DNA of 37,417 nt from an uncultured virus (IMG/VR IMGVR_UViG_3300029705_005139). Lineage: Duplodnaviria > Heunggongvirae > Uroviricota > Caudoviricetes. The stretch lies in the IMG/VR virus record IMGVR_UViG_3300029705_005139. One strand, written 5' to 3'. The position numbers and the translations under genes were made by a program. A model generated the notes under the pieces. That model saw only the letters and a program-made list of their open reading frames with translations, ran no database searches and was not told the DNA's origin. This document shows, piece by piece, positions 36,408 through 37,417 of the stretch. Numbering within the stretch: position 1 is the stretch's first letter; each line of letters opens with the position of its first letter.

Positions 36408-36935
36408 TCAATTCAGCACTTCATACTGGTATCTGTCAGCATCACAGAAAGGATTCTCTTTGGTGTATCCTCTGGTACGGCATAAATTCACTCTAAACCT
36501 GGGATAAATCTGCTTCAGCAATCCGCAAAGTCTTTTGAACATGGCATTGCCATCACTATATTGATGCCCATCCAAAAAGCTGGTGGTGTTCATGACAATA
36601 TGCAGATGCTCATAACTGCCATCCATATGAATACCATAAACCATCTGGTACTCCCGAAACAATTGTCCTGTCAGAAAACCCAGGTGCAGCAGCTCATCCT
36701 CGTCAATATAAGCTGCCTCTGTATGGTTAAGACTAATCATAAAGTGCTTCAGCTGAAGCGTATCACTCTGATAGAACGCCCGTTTCACAAACTGCATCTG
36801 CATATATGCTGCTTCCGCGTTTGTACTTACACCATAGCCGCCAACTGCTACTGCTTTATCCAGCGCATAGTGGATCACATAATGCAGCGCCCGATCGTCC
36901 GGATATGTATTTCTCGTAATTATAACATTCGGCAT
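36408..36935 (-). CDS. Short relaxase/mobilization nuclease (HUH, MOBP-like)
   Basis: KHFMISL and VYGIHMDGSYEHLHIVMNTTSFLDG (H-x-D-x4-HxH motif). Confidence 0.8.
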   Translation of the reverse strand: MPNVIITRNTYPDDRALHYVIHYALDKAVAVGGYGVSTNAEAAYMQMQFVKRAFYQSDTLQLKHFMISLNHTEAAYIDEDELLHLGFLTGQLFREYQMVYGIHMDGSYEHLHIVMNTTSFLDGHQYSDGNAMFKRLCGLLKQIYPRFRVNLCRTRGYTKENPFCDADRYQYEVLN

Positions 36936-37177
36936 AACTGATTTACCTCCTTTGTAATTTCATCATCTTCTAAGCCCAGCTCCGCAAGACGGATCTGAAT
37001 TCTGCACATAATGGGTGCAATACTCTGTCTGTAATTAACTTCTGCTGGTAGCGCATTGCTGATTAATAATCTTAGATAGTTACTGTTAGACATATTTAAC
37101 TTATTACTATTAGATTCTATTTTGGTATACATCTTATTCGATAATCTTAATGATATTGTTTTATCTTTGTTTTTCAT
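36920..37177 (-). CDS. MobC-like ribbon-helix-helix protein
   Basis: KTISLRLS...NMSNSNYLRLLI RHH pattern. AGGAGG RBS. Overlaps the relaxase start. Confidence 0.7.
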   Translation of the reverse strand: MKNKDKTISLRLSNKMYTKIESNSNKLNMSNSNYLRLLISNALPAEVNYRQSIAPIMCRIQIRLAELGLEDDEITKEVNQLCRML

Positions 37178-37320
37178 GCCAATATACCTCCTGGGTAAAT
37201 GTAGTTGACAGGAAAGTACGTGTAATACAATTCATACGTTTCCTTACAGAAGTGTTATTATGATTATTTAAAACTATAATCTTTGACCTGTCGTTTTACA
37301 TATTGCTTCATCACCTGCAT

Positions 37321-37356
37321 AAAAATGGGCACCACTTTGAGAAAAGTGGTGCCCAT
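37321..37356 (-). terminator. 14-bp perfect hairpin (terminator or oriT-associated IR)
   Basis: atgggcaccacttt / aaagtggtgcccat with a U-run on the minus strand. Confidence 0.55.
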
Positions 37357-37417
37357 GTATTCTTCTATTGTCGATTCATTGTCCCATATCAGTAATATTT
37401 TAAATCGACGTCTATAT

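Larger units (their letters stand above)
18404..37417. mobile_element. Putative integrative mobilizable element / genomic island at tRNA-fMet (right end outside the window)
   Basis: tRNA 3' fragment at the left boundary. Contains tyrosine integrase, relaxase, MobC-like, D5 helicase, resolvase and defence-like cargo. No conjugation or capsid genes seen. May be composite. Confidence 0.6.

Overview
Firmicute (Clostridia-like) accessory DNA in two blocks. Left block (1-18121): end of an upstream gene cluster including a sigma-region-4/alpha-CTD fusion, then a complete type 1 BREX operon (Cro/C1 HTH, brxA, brxB, brxC, pglX, pglZ, brxL) with two genes inserted inside it and two appended. A 45-bp 3' half of initiator tRNA-Met (18359-18403, minus strand) with adjacent 11-bp tandem repeats looks like an att junction. 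Right block (18404 to window end) looks like an integrative mobilizable element. Its cargo is defence-like (HEPN+MNT, HTH-AAA-PD-(D/E)XK, KAP NTPase+HNH). It also carries a resolvase whose start codon reads ACG, two tiny membrane peptides, an amidoligase+GATase-II pair, a stand-alone integrase core-binding-domain protein, a primase-less D5/SF3 helicase, a macro-XRE regulator, a tyrosine integrase with a HicB-like tail, a relaxase and a MobC-like gene. The most striking unexplained structure is a four-unit ~155-bp tandem array (32825-33353) between the macro-XRE gene and the helicase. Each unit has a GTCAG-N7-CTGAC-type palindrome exactly 17 nt before an extended -10 box, followed by an RBS/small ORF. 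All family calls are by-eye motif recognition; no database searches were run.
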